Shown piece by piece: positions 20,428 through 32,380 of a DNA stretch of 64,000 nt. The notes under the pieces are model-generated. The model was not told the origin of the DNA. It saw only the letters and a list, made by a program, of their open reading frames with translations, and ran no database searches. Origin of the DNA: an uncultured Gemmatimonadales bacterium (GTDB taxonomy: Bacteria; Gemmatimonadota; Gemmatimonadetes; Longimicrobiales; RSA9); NCBI GenBank assembly GCA_963816355.1, contig CAWFKH010000006.1:474035-538034 (forward strand), given 5' to 3'. The position numbers and the translations under genes were made by a program. How positions within the stretch are numbered: the stretch's first letter is position 1; every line of letters starts with the position of its first letter.

Positions 20428-22715
20428 GGCCGCGCCGGGTACGCGCCGCCGCCGCGGCCTCCGCGTGCGCACTCGCGCTCCTCGCCCTCGCCCAGTTCGC
20501 GCCGGGCGGCATCGCCCTCGCCGGCGCGGCGCCTGCCGCCGCGCAGCAGCCGAAGGCGCGCCTCGGCAGCGTCGCGGAGGCGCTCGCCGCGTCCGCCCTG
20601 CTTTCCGGGGCGCCGGCGCCGTCGAGCGTCAACTGGATCGCCGGCGGCCGCTTCTCCTACAGCGTTCGGAGTCGCCAGGGCTCCGATGTCCGCGTCTACG
20701 ACCCGAAGAACCTGGACGACCAGGCCCTCTTCGACGCACGCGCGCTCACCCTGCCGGGCACCGGCGAGCCGCTCCGCTACCGCTCCTTCCAGTGGGCGGG
20801 CGACTCCAGCCACCTGCTCTTCGAGACGAACTTCCGGCCGATCTACCGCCACTCGGGCGTCTCGGACTACTACCTGTACACCATCGCGACGAAGGCGCTG
20901 CGCCTCGTGGCGCGCGACGCCCGCACGGCCGCGCTCTCGCCCGATGGCCGCCGCATCGGCTTCGAGCGCGACGGCGACATCTTCGTGGCCGACCTCGCCG
21001 GCGGCGGCGAGCGGCGCCTCACCGAAACGGCCGGCGACTCCGTCTTCGACGGCCGCTCCGACTGGGTCTACGAGGAGGAGTACGGACAGGCGAAGGCGTG
21101 GAAATGGTCGCCGGACTCGCGCCACATCGCGTTCTGGCGCACGCACGAGGCCGGCGTCCCGATCCTCCAGCTCACCGACTGGGAGGGCGCGCATCCGGAG
21201 TGGACGCGCATCCCGATCCCGCTCGTCGGCGACACCAATCCGCGCGTGCGCATCGGCGTCGCCGACGTCGCCAGCGGCGCCATCACGTGGCTCGACACCG
21301 GCGAGAGCGGCGATTTCTACATCCCGCGCGTCTACTGGACCAGCAGCCCCGACACACTCGCGGTGATGACGCAGAACCGCGCGCAGAACGACGTCAAGAT
21401 CTTCTTCTTCGACGTGCGGAGCGGCGCGCGGCGGCTCGTCTTCCACGAGACCTCCCCCACGTGGGTCGACATCTGGGACTTCTACGAGCGCGTCGACGAT
21501 TTCATCACCTTCCCGCCGGGGCTGCGGCAGTTCTTCTGGATCTCGGATCGCGACGGCCATCAGCACCTCTACCGCTACGACTACAGCGGCAAGCTGCTGA
21601 ACCAGGTGACCCGCGGCGACTGGACGGTGACGCGCGTCGAGGCGGTCGACCCCGCTTCGAAGACGCTCTACTACACCTCCACGCAGGCCTCGCCGCTCCA
21701 GCGCCAGCTCTACGCGATCCGCTTCGACGGCTCCGGGCAGCGCCGCCTCACCGGGACCGAGGGCGTGCACGCGATCGACATGTCGCCCGACGGCCGCTAC
21801 TACATCGACCGCTGGTCCAATGCGCACTCGCCTCGCCGCGTCGAGCTGTGGACCACCGCCGGCCGCAAGCTCGCGGACCTCGCCGTGCCCACCGCCACCG
21901 ACGCCTATCTCCAGACCCACGCCTACGCGCCGCTCGAGTTCTTCCACTTCACCACCTCCGACGGCGCCCGCATCGACGGCTCGCTGCTGCGACCCGTCCC
22001 GTTCGACTCGACGAAGCGCTACCCCGTCGTCTTCGACATCTACGGCGGTCCCGGTTCACAGCAGGTGCTCGACGAGTTCCACTCCAACGGCTGGCAGCAG
22101 TACCTGGCGCAGCACGGCTACGTGGTGGTGGGGCTCAACAACCGCGGTTCCGCCAACTACGGCCGCGACTTCATGAAGGTCGTCTACGGCCGGCTCGGCA
22201 CCTACGAGAGCCGTGATTTCGCCGAGGCCGCACGCTACCTCGCCTCCCTGTCGTGGATCGACGGCGACCGCATGGCGATCAAGGGAACCAGCTACGGCGG
22301 CTACGCGACCATCTACACCATGCTCACCCACCCCGGCGTCTTCACCCTCGGCATCGCCAACTCCGGCGTCACCGACTGGCGCCTCTACGACAGCATCTAC
22401 ACCGAGCACTACATGGGCCTGCTCCCGGACAACCCCGATGGCTACGCCCGCAGCGCCGCCGAACCATACGCCGACCAGCTCCGGGGCCACCTCCTCCTCG
22501 TCCATTCCGGCATGGACGAGAACGTGCGGCCCGCGAACACGATGCACCTCCTGACCGCGTTCGCCGAAGCGGGCAAGGACGTCGAGGTTCGCTTCTACCC
22601 GCCCGGCCGCCACGCCGCCGCCTTCGACGCCGCCAGCCGCCTCGTCATGACGCAGGCCTACACCGCCACGCTGTGCCGCTTCCTGAAGCCGGACTGCCCC
22701 GACGGCGGATCGTGA
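20424..22715 (+). CDS. S9B dipeptidyl-peptidase IV-like protein (secreted)
   Basis: Signal peptide; DWVYEEE, YGGPGSQ, GTSYGG nucleophile, DENV, catalytic His; ATGA overlap with uvrA. Confidence 0.9.
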   Translation: MRPRRVRAAAAASACALALLALAQFAPGGIALAGAAPAAAQQPKARLGSVAEALAASALLSGAPAPSSVNWIAGGRFSYSVRSRQGSDVRVYDPKNLDDQALFDARALTLPGTGEPLRYRSFQWAGDSSHLLFETNFRPIYRHSGVSDYYLYTIATKALRLVARDARTAALSPDGRRIGFERDGDIFVADLAGGGERRLTETAGDSVFDGRSDWVYEEEYGQAKAWKWSPDSRHIAFWRTHEAGVPILQLTDWEGAHPEWTRIPIPLVGDTNPRVRIGVADVASGAITWLDTGESGDFYIPRVYWTSSPDTLAVMTQNRAQNDVKIFFFDVRSGARRLVFHETSPTWVDIWDFYERVDDFITFPPGLRQFFWISDRDGHQHLYRYDYSGKLLNQVTRGDWTVTRVEAVDPASKTLYYTSTQASPLQRQLYAIRFDGSGQRRLTGTEGVHAIDMSPDGRYYIDRWSNAHSPRRVELWTTAGRKLADLAVPTATDAYLQTHAYAPLEFFHFTTSDGARIDGSLLRPVPFDSTKRYPVVFDIYGGPGSQQVLDEFHSNGWQQYLAQHGYVVVGLNNRGSANYGRDFMKVVYGRLGTYESRDFAEAARYLASLSWIDGDRMAIKGTSYGGYATIYTMLTHPGVFTLGIANSGVTDWRLYDSIYTEHYMGLLPDNPDGYARSAAEPYADQLRGHLLLVHSGMDENVRPANTMHLLTAFAEAGKDVEVRFYPPGRHAAAFDAASRLVMTQAYTATLCRFLKPDCPDGGS

Positions 22716-23668
22716 GCGCGCCGCCGGCCGTCGTCGTGACCGGCGCATCCAGCGGCATCGGCAACGCGACCGCCCTCCTCCTCGACGCGCGCGGGTTCCG
22801 CGTCTTCGCCGGCGTGCGCCGTGAGTCCGACGCCGCGGCGCTGCGCGGGCGCGCCTCCGACCGCCTGACCCCCGTCCGCCTCGACGTCACGAGCGCGGGC
22901 GACGTCGCCGCCGCCGTCGCCCTCGTCGAGGACGCGACCGGCGATGCCGGCCTCGCCGGCCTCGTCAACAACGCCGGCATCGCGATCGGCGCGCCCCTCG
23001 AGTTCGTCCCGCTCGCCGCGCTCCGCCGGCAGCTCGAGGTGAACGTCGTCGGCCCCGTCGCGCTGCTGCAGGGGTTCCTGCCGGCGCTGCGGCGGGCGCG
23101 CGGCCGCGTCGTCAACGTCGGCTCCATCGCCGGCCGCTCGACCGTCCCCTTCATCGCGCCCTACGCCGCCTCGAAGCACGCGCTGGAGGCGCTCAGCGAC
23201 GCGCTCCGCGTCGAGCTGATGCCCTTCGGCGTCGACGTCGTCCTGATCGAGCCCGGCGCCGTCGCCACCCCGATCTGGGAGCGCTCCCTCGCCGCATCCA
23301 ACGCCATGGTCGCGACGGAGGCCGACGCCGCCGCCGCATCGCCGCGCGTGCATGCCCTGCCTCACCCGGCCTCCGATGCCGGCCGGGCCGAAGCGATCGA
23401 TCCGGCTCGGGCCGCCCTGCTCGAAAGCCTCTACGGTCCCGCGCTGAACCGGCTGCGGCGCTACGTGGAAGGCTCGCCGGAGCGCGGCATCCCCGCCGAC
23501 GTCGTGGCACGCGCGATCCTGCACGCGCTGAGGGCCCGCCGCCCCCGCACCCGCTACCTGCTCGGCCGCGACGCCCGGCTGCGCCTGCTCCTGCGCTGGC
23601 TGCCGGACCGCTGGCGCGACCATATCCTCGCCGACCGCATCTGGGGACGGGCCCGCGGCGGCCGCTGA
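22712..23668 (+). CDS. Short-chain dehydrogenase/reductase
   Basis: TGASSGIG, NNAG, YAASK; GTGA overlap with the upstream gene. Confidence 0.9.
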   Translation: MSAPPAVVVTGASSGIGNATALLLDARGFRVFAGVRRESDAAALRGRASDRLTPVRLDVTSAGDVAAAVALVEDATGDAGLAGLVNNAGIAIGAPLEFVPLAALRRQLEVNVVGPVALLQGFLPALRRARGRVVNVGSIAGRSTVPFIAPYAASKHALEALSDALRVELMPFGVDVVLIEPGAVATPIWERSLAASNAMVATEADAAAASPRVHALPHPASDAGRAEAIDPARAALLESLYGPALNRLRRYVEGSPERGIPADVVARAILHALRARRPRTRYLLGRDARLRLLLRWLPDRWRDHILADRIWGRARGGR

Positions 23669-23690
23669 GGGCGGTGCCGCCGCGCCGGTT

Positions 23691-23744
23691 CCGCTGCGGA
23701 CCGTGGGTCCGCCGCGGACCGTGCGGCCGCTGCGGACCGTGGAT
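23691..23744 (+). repeat. 3 x 18-bp tandem repeat upstream of gyrA
   Basis: CCGCTGCGGACCGTGGGT / CCGCCGCGGACCGTGCGG / CCGCTGCGGACCGTGGAT. Confidence 0.75.
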
Positions 23745-23874
23745 CCGGTCCCTGCTTTTCGCACGCCCGTGCGCGCGTGCGCGCCTCGCGCGCGCGGGGA
23801 AATTTGGTTAACTTTCGGGGTATCCATTTCCGTGACGTTCTCGTATCTCCGACGCAGGAGCTGAAGCGCGCCCC

Positions 23875-26443
<2,569 letters not shown>

Positions 26444-26507
26444 GCACCGGCGCACGAACCGGAGAGCGCCGGGCGCGTCCTCTGCCGGAACGCGTGAGCG
26501 CGACGCG

Positions 26508-27530
26508 ATGACCCCTGCGGAGACTTCGCCCGCGCTCGTTACGCCCCGGGCGATCGAGGCCGCTGCGGAGGCGCTGCGGGGCGTCGCCGTCCGTACGCCG
26601 CTCCTGCCCGCGGCATGGCTCCATGAGAGGCTCGGCGCGGAGGTCCGCTTGAAGGCGGAGAACCTTCAGCACGCCGGCGCGTTCAAGCTGCGCGGCGCCT
26701 ACACGATGATCGCCCGTCTTTCCGACGACGAGCGCCGGCGCGGCGTGATCACCTACTCCTCCGGCAACCACGCGCAGGCCGTCGCCTTTGCCGCGCGGCT
26801 CTTTGCGGTGCCCGCGACGGTCGTCATGCCGACGACGGCTCCGGTCGTGAAAGTGCGGGGCACGCGCGATTTCGGGGCCGACGTCGTGTTCGAGGGCACT
26901 ACGTCGGTGGAGCGCAAGCGCCGCGCGGAAGCGATCGCGGCGGAGCGCGGCCTCACCATGGTCCCCCCCTTCGACCACCCGGACATCATCGCGGGGCAGG
27001 GCACCGTGGGCATGGAGATCGTCGACGATTGGCCCCAGGTCGAGACGATCCTCGTGCCGATCGGCGGCGGCGGGCTGATCTCCGGCGTCGCGGCGTGGGT
27101 GCGCCGTCGCAGTGCGTCCTGTCGGATCGTGGGCGTCGAGCCGCGAGGCGCCGCCTCGATGCGCGCATCCCTCGATGCCGGCGGGCCTGTCACGCTGAGC
27201 GGCGTCGATACGATCGCCGACGGCCTCATGCCGGTGCGGCCGGGGGACCTCACCTTCGCGCACGTGAAGGAGCTCGTCGACGATGTGGTCCTGGTGGACG
27301 ACGACGCGATCCGCGACGCGGCGCGCCAGGTGTTGGTCCGCAGCAAGCTGCTCGTGGAGTATTCCGGCGCCGCGACACTGGCGGCGCTGGCGTCCGGCGC
27401 ATGGCCGGCCCGGGGACGCCGGTGCGTGGCAGTGCTGTCGGGAGGCAACATAGAGCCAGCCTTCGCGGCGCGGCTGCTTCAAGCCGAGGCGGACGCGGTC
27501 GAATCGGAGGAAGAAGCGACGCGAGGCTGA
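26508..27530 (+). CDS. PLP-dependent threonine/serine dehydratase (serine racemase-like, no ACT domain)
   Basis: AFKLRGA PLP lysine, SSGNHAQ, PIGGGGL, LSGGN. Confidence 0.88.
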   Translation: MTPAETSPALVTPRAIEAAAEALRGVAVRTPLLPAAWLHERLGAEVRLKAENLQHAGAFKLRGAYTMIARLSDDERRRGVITYSSGNHAQAVAFAARLFAVPATVVMPTTAPVVKVRGTRDFGADVVFEGTTSVERKRRAEAIAAERGLTMVPPFDHPDIIAGQGTVGMEIVDDWPQVETILVPIGGGGLISGVAAWVRRRSASCRIVGVEPRGAASMRASLDAGGPVTLSGVDTIADGLMPVRPGDLTFAHVKELVDDVVLVDDDAIRDAARQVLVRSKLLVEYSGAATLAALASGAWPARGRRCVAVLSGGNIEPAFAARLLQAEADAVESEEEATRG

Positions 27531-27583
27531 GAGGCCGCGGGCGCCAGCCGAGGCAGGCAGGCGACGACCTTCTCAACGTTTGA

Positions 27584-28679
27584 GCGTCTGTTCGCGGAAA
27601 ATGTGGGGGGCCCGCGCGGCTATGGAATCGCCCCTGAATCGCCGCGACTTTCGCGCATGGATCCTTCGCCGCCGCCTCCCGGACCAGAGTCACCCTTCGT
27701 TCACGTTCCAGCGAACGCCCGCTCTCGATCGGCGCGGGTGCATGGCGCGAGCGGTGCTTCTCGATCCGACGCGGATGCCGTGGACCCCCTGCTCCGGGAG
27801 ATTCGCGAGGCGCGCTATTGGAACGGCGTGCATTGCCCCCGCTGCGGCGCGTCGAGAGTCCATCGCTGGGGCAGCTTCGCGGGGCGGCAACGCTACCGCT
27901 GCTGCGGGTGCGCTCGCACCTTCAGCGACCTGACGGGGACCCCCGGCCGTTATGTCAAGAAGCTCCATCTGTGGCGACGCTACGCAGGTTGTCTCGAGCG
28001 TGGATGGTCGCTTCGCCGAACCGCTGCCCAACTCGACATTCACGTGTCTACGGCGTTCCGCTGGCGCCACCGGCTCCTCCTCGAGCTCCGGAAAGAGGAG
28101 GACGCGACGTGCGTCGGCGGTATGGTGGAGGTCGATGCCGAGAGGCTCGGAAGCCGTACGCTGCTCCTGGCGGCGGATCGTCGCGGAAACACGTTCTCGG
28201 CCACCGCCGTCGCCTTCGGGATCCGCGTGCCGGTCCACGAGATGGAGCGGCTCCTCGGCGATAGGCTGGAGCTGGGGGCGACGCTGCTCGCCGCTCAGGG
28301 CCGCTTGAGTCCCGCGGCGTTGTTCGCACGGCGGAAGCGCGCGGCATTCCGGCCCGCGTCGCGCGCCTTCGGGCCTGCTCCGTACGACGTCGCAATGCAG
28401 CCTCGTTCGCTCACGCATCTGCGAACCGTGCGCGGATTTGGGCGCCGACTCCGCCTCTGGCTCCGAAGGTTTCGTGGTGTCGGCGATGTCTACCTGGGCA
28501 ATTACCTGGCGTGGCACCGTCGACTCGACGACGATCGTCGCGGCAGCTTTGCCGCGATGGCTTTGCGCTGGCCCCTCGACGACGGCTTCAGTTGACGGGT
28601 TCCTGAGCGAGCACGGCGCAATGATTCGGCAGATCGATCCGCGCGTCGGCGCCACCCAACAGTTCCTGAGAACAGAGGC
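27584..28679 (+). mobile_element. Degenerate IS1595-family insertion sequence with imperfect terminal inverted repeats
   Basis: Left end GCGTCTGTTCGCGGAAAATGTGGG (27584-27607) vs reverse complement of right end GCCTCTGTTCTCAGGAACTGTTGG (28656-28679): 18/24 matches; no target-site duplication visible. Confidence 0.7.
27657..28595 (+). CDS. IS1595-like transposase (Zn ribbon + HTH + degenerate DDE domain)
   Basis: CPRCG...RYRCCGCARTFSDLTGTP, TAFRWRHRLL, GMVEVD, FRGVGDVYLGNYLAWH. Confidence 0.8.
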   Translation: MDPSPPPPGPESPFVHVPANARSRSARVHGASGASRSDADAVDPLLREIREARYWNGVHCPRCGASRVHRWGSFAGRQRYRCCGCARTFSDLTGTPGRYVKKLHLWRRYAGCLERGWSLRRTAAQLDIHVSTAFRWRHRLLLELRKEEDATCVGGMVEVDAERLGSRTLLLAADRRGNTFSATAVAFGIRVPVHEMERLLGDRLELGATLLAAQGRLSPAALFARRKRAAFRPASRAFGPAPYDVAMQPRSLTHLRTVRGFGRRLRLWLRRFRGVGDVYLGNYLAWHRRLDDDRRGSFAAMALRWPLDDGFS

Positions 28680-28754
28680 GCAGGCGAGTGCGAGAGGGAC
28701 GTAGGGCCGCCCTGTCACACAGCCGCCGACCCGCCGACCGGTGCCACGTCCGCT

Positions 28755-29207
28755 TCATTCTCCGAGCCCCGGGCCCCACTGAACCACCGCCACTTCCACT
28801 CGCGCGGCGCCACGGCGGAGGAAGCCGAGTCGGCGTGCGGCTCCTTTGGACACGTCGAGGATCCGCGCCTTGCCGCTCCGGCCCGTCGAATACGGGCCGC
28901 GGTCGATGACGCGAAGGCGCGTGCTGCGGCCGTTGTCCAGGTTGGTCACTCTCAGGATGGTGCCGAACGGGTAGCTGCGGTGCGCCGCGACCATCTTCGA
29001 CTGGTCGAGCGGCTCCCCACTCGCCGTCCGTCGCCTGTGCAGTATGTCCGCGTAGTACGTCGCCTCGCCGGTATCCGTCGCCGCTTGGGGTGCCTCCGCA
29101 ACCGCGCCGTCGCCGCCCGCCGAGGAATCTTCCTTCGTGCGTCCGCCACATGCTGCCGCGCATGCGACGGCGCCGAGAAGGACCATTGTCCGGGCAGCTC
29201 GGTTCAT
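28755..29207 (-). CDS. rlpA: RlpA-like lipoprotein (DPBB lytic transglycosylase domain)
   Basis: GEATYY, TASGE, AAHRSYPFGT, VIDRGPY, ILDVS; lipobox AAAC; AAGGAG RBS. Confidence 0.85.
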   Translation of the reverse strand: MNRAARTMVLLGAVACAAACGGRTKEDSSAGGDGAVAEAPQAATDTGEATYYADILHRRRTASGEPLDQSKMVAAHRSYPFGTILRVTNLDNGRSTRLRVIDRGPYSTGRSGKARILDVSKGAARRLGFLRRGAARVEVAVVQWGPGLGE

Positions 29208-29386
29208 CCGTCTCCTTTCCGGAGGATCATCATTCGACCGAGTCTCATGGCCGAAAAGCTCGCAAGAATCACGCGGGCAAGCTCGCGCCAGGCCGGATTG
29301 CGGAGCACCGTGTCGCGAGTGCGCGTTGCCGCGGCGCAACGGCCGCACGTAGCTTGAGCGCGGCTGATCCCGCTCCGGGGCGCCGC

Positions 29387-29487
29387 CGACGTCGCTGGCG
29401 CACCGACGTCGCTGGCGCACCGACGTCGCCGGCGGCACCGATGTCGCTGGCGGCACGACGTCGCTGGCGGCACGACGTCGCCGGCGG
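29387..29487. repeat. 6 x 17-18 bp tandem repeat, each unit containing the palindrome CGACGTCG
   Basis: Units at 29387, 29404, 29421, 29439, 29456 and 29473 (CGAyGTCGCyGGCG[G]CA[C]). Confidence 0.85.
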
Positions 29488-29517
29488 TCGCGTGCAACCG
29501 ATATTCCAGGGGGCCGG

Positions 29518-30603
29518 ATGCCAGATGCGCGTGGAACGAGCGACGGCGCGCGGACGCTGACCGCAGTGTCGGGGATCCGGGTGGGCCACGCGACGAACGC
29601 GGATGCGCGCACGGGATGTACTGTCGTGCTCGGCCCCTTCCGTGCCGCGTGCGACATCCGGGGTCTCGCCACGGGTGCGCGCGATCTCGGCACGCTGGAG
29701 CCGCACCACCTGGCGCCACGCGCCGATGCGATCCTGCTCACCGGGGGATCGGCGTTCGGCCTCGCCGCGGCGGATGGCGTCGTCGCGTGGGTCGAGGAGC
29801 ACGGCGGCGGCTTCGACACCGGCTTCGCTCGCGTGCCGATCGTGCCGGCGGCGGTGATCTACGATCTGGGGGTGGGGCGCGCCGACGTCCGCCCGGGCCC
29901 GGCGATGGGCCGCGCGGCGTGCGAGGCGGCGATGGGCCGCGCGGCGTGCGATGCGGCGAGTGCCGCCGCCGTCGCCGAGGGCGCCGTCGGAGCGGGGACG
30001 GGCGCCACCGTCGGCAAGGTCGCCGGCTACGAGGGAGCGGCGCCGGGAGGTGTGGGGACATGGGCGGAGGCCGCGGCCGGATCCGGCGGCGCGACGCTCG
30101 CGGCCCTCGCGGTCGTCAACGCACTCGGCGATGTCCTCGCGGCCGACGGTGTTATCCTCGCCGGGGCGCGCAGGCCCGACGGGAGCTTCCTGGACGCCGC
30201 CGCGTTCCTGGCCGACGCGGCGCGTGAGGGGGATCCTGGCTCGCTCGCCCGACACGCGCCCGTGCCCGGAACCAACACGACACTCGTCGTCGTGGCGACG
30301 GACGCGCCGCTCGACCGGAGCGCGCTTCAGATCCTCGCGCGCGCGGGATCGGCGGCGATCGCGCGCCGCATCGCGCCGGCGCACACACCGTTCGACGGCG
30401 ACGTCGTCTTCGCGGTCTCGACCGCGGAGCGGACCGAGAGCGCGACTCCGGAGGCGCTGCTGGCGTTGGGCGCCCTGACGACACGCTGCGTCGCGCGCGC
30501 GATCGAGAGGGCGGTCGGCGGGGACACGGGCACCACGGCGGTCGGCGGGGACACGGGCACCACGGCGGTCGGCGGGGACACGGGCACCGGGCGCGCCGGC
30601 TGA
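29518..30603 (+). CDS. P1/S58 (DmpA-like) peptidase
   Basis: GIRVGH, LLTGGSAFGL, GAVGAGTGA, NTTLVVVATDA cleavage motif, HTPFDGDVVF. Confidence 0.88.
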   Translation: MPDARGTSDGARTLTAVSGIRVGHATNADARTGCTVVLGPFRAACDIRGLATGARDLGTLEPHHLAPRADAILLTGGSAFGLAAADGVVAWVEEHGGGFDTGFARVPIVPAAVIYDLGVGRADVRPGPAMGRAACEAAMGRAACDAASAAAVAEGAVGAGTGATVGKVAGYEGAAPGGVGTWAEAAAGSGGATLAALAVVNALGDVLAADGVILAGARRPDGSFLDAAAFLADAAREGDPGSLARHAPVPGTNTTLVVVATDAPLDRSALQILARAGSAAIARRIAPAHTPFDGDVVFAVSTAERTESATPEALLALGALTTRCVARAIERAVGGDTGTTAVGGDTGTTAVGGDTGTGRAG

Positions 30604-31595
30604 TCCTCCCCCCGCGCGGCTGCGGTGCTCCCGGAACGGGGTTCGGGCGGCGGCGGCGCGAGCCCGCCGTCGGGCGGCACCGTGTCGGCCGGCACGCGCA
30701 CGAGTCCCGTGTCCGGCGGCACCGTGTCGGCCGGCACGCGTACGAGTCCCGTGTCGAGAACGGCGCTGCCGGAGTCGACGGGTGTGCCCAACAGCTCCGG
30801 GACGGTGTCGGCGGCTTCCTCCTCCCCGATCGGTACGGTCTCGACCGGCCCGCTCGCGCCCATGCGGGCGAGGATCAGGCGGCGTCGCCACGCCATGCGG
30901 CCGGGGCGCCGATCGGGGTTGATGCTGAGCGGGTGCGGCAGCGTCGCGGCGAGGGACGCGGCCTCGCCGGGCGAGAGATCGGCGGCGGAGTGGCCGAAGT
31001 AGTGCCGCGCCGCCGCTTCGGCGCCGAAGATGCCGGGGCCCCACTCGGCGCTGTTCAGGTACAGCTCCAGGATGCGGTCCTTGGAGAGGAAGAGCTCGAG
31101 TCGCTTCGCCACGACGAGCTCTTCGAGCTTGCGCAGCGCTGAGCGCTCGGTCGAGAAGTACAGATTCTTCGCGAGCTGCTGGGTGATCGTGCTGCGGCCG
31201 CGGATCCGGTCGCTGTGGGCGCGGTAATAGTCGAAGGAGGCGAGCAGCGCGTGCAGGTCCGCCGGATCGAAGAGGGAGAAGTCGTCGTCGCCGCGGTAGT
31301 GGAACTCCTGGCGCAGGGCAGTCCAGTCGACGCCGTGGTGCTCGCGGAAGCGCCCGTCTTCGGCGACCACGACGGCGCGGCGCAGGCTGCGCGAGATGTC
31401 GTCGAGCGGCACGCGGTCGTGACGGATGTGGAGGGTGTCGCCGCGCGCGTGGGCCTCGGCCACGCGCTGGCGCATGAGCGCCGTCGTGCGCGGCGTGTGC
31501 CAGCGCAGCGTGAGCCCCCACGGCAGCGCGAGCAGGAAGAACCACAGCGCGCCGACGAACGCGAGCGGCAGCGCGATCAGCAGGCGCTTCCACAT
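30327..31595 (-). CDS. mtgA: Monofunctional peptidoglycan transglycosylase (GT51) with a long low-complexity C-tail
   Basis: AEDGRFREHHGVD, STITQQLAKNLY, RKLEE, KDRILELYLN, GAEAAARHYF; N-terminal TM; first stop is at 30327. Confidence 0.85.
   Translation of the reverse strand: MWKRLLIALPLAFVGALWFFLLALPWGLTLRWHTPRTTALMRQRVAEAHARGDTLHIRHDRVPLDDISRSLRRAVVVAEDGRFREHHGVDWTALRQEFHYRGDDDFSLFDPADLHALLASFDYYRAHSDRIRGRSTITQQLAKNLYFSTERSALRKLEELVVAKRLELFLSKDRILELYLNSAEWGPGIFGAEAAARHYFGHSAADLSPGEAASLAATLPHPLSINPDRRPGRMAWRRRLILARMGASGPVETVPIGEEEAADTVPELLGTPVDSGSAVLDTGLVRVPADTVPPDTGLVRVPADTVPPDGGLAPPPPEPRSGSTAAARGEDQPARPVPVSPPTAVVPVSPPTAVVPVSPPTALSIARATQRVVRAPNASSASGVALSVRSAVETAKTTSPSNGVCAGAMRRAIAADPARARI
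30511..30591 (+). repeat. 3 x 27-bp tandem repeat in the overlap of the P1 peptidase and mtgA
   Basis: GCGGTCGGCGGGGACACGGGCACCACG x3 (AVGGDTGTT on +, PVSPPTAVV on -). Confidence 0.85.
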
Positions 31596-31610
31596 GGCCC
31601 GGGAGCGAAA

Positions 31611-32306
31611 ATGAGACGGCTCGTTCTTTTCGACATCGACGGCACGATCCTCAGCACGAACGGGGCCGCGAAGCGCGCGTTCCATCGCGCGATGATCAAT
31701 GTGTACGGTGCGGCCGGCCCGATCGACGACCACGACTTCTCGGGGAAGACGGACCCGCAGATCGCGCGCGAGCTGCTCTCGCTGCACGGACTGGAGAGTG
31801 GGGAGATCGAGTCCGGCTTCGCCAGACTGTGGCGGAGCTACCTGAGCGAGCTGGAGCGGGAGCTGGCGCTGCCGGAGCACCGCAGCCGGCTGATGCCGGG
31901 GATCGCGGCGCTGATCGACGCGCTCGAGCGTCGCGTGGACGACGTCGTCCTGGGCCTCCTCACCGGCAACATCGAGCCGGGCGCGCGGCTGAAGCTGCGT
32001 TCCGTAGGGCTGGACGACCGCTTCGCCATCGGGGCGTACGGCTCGGACGCGGAGCGGCGGGACGCGCTCCCCGCGGTCGCGGTCGAGCGGGCGCGCGAGC
32101 GGTGGGGGCGCGAGTACCGCGGGCGCGACGTCGTCGTCATCGGCGACACGCCGCACGACGTCACCTGCGGCCGCTCGCTCGGCGTGCTCGCGCTGGGGGT
32201 CGCGACCGGCCGCTTCGACGCGGACGCGCTGCGCGCCGCGGGCGCCGACGCGGTGGTGCCCGATCTCTCCGACACTGCCGGGATCCTGGATGTGATTGTC
32301 GGGTAA
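31611..32306 (+). CDS. HAD-superfamily hydrolase (phosphoglycolate phosphatase-like)
   Basis: FDIDGT motif I, LLTGN, IGDTPHD motif IV. Confidence 0.88.
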   Translation: MRRLVLFDIDGTILSTNGAAKRAFHRAMINVYGAAGPIDDHDFSGKTDPQIARELLSLHGLESGEIESGFARLWRSYLSELERELALPEHRSRLMPGIAALIDALERRVDDVVLGLLTGNIEPGARLKLRSVGLDDRFAIGAYGSDAERRDALPAVAVERARERWGREYRGRDVVVIGDTPHDVTCGRSLGVLALGVATGRFDADALRAAGADAVVPDLSDTAGILDVIVG

Positions 32307-32380
32307 TGCGGGCTTTCCCGGCGGCCCCGTCGGATGATAGGTTTTTCACTTGAAGCTCTCATTCCGCGGAGGAAGGCAAC

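Noticed and set aside
18357..22715. Apparent 1452-aa S9 peptidase with a long N-terminal extension
   Set aside because: The extension is an alternative frame of uvrA; the real start is ATG 20424, which gives a signal peptide.
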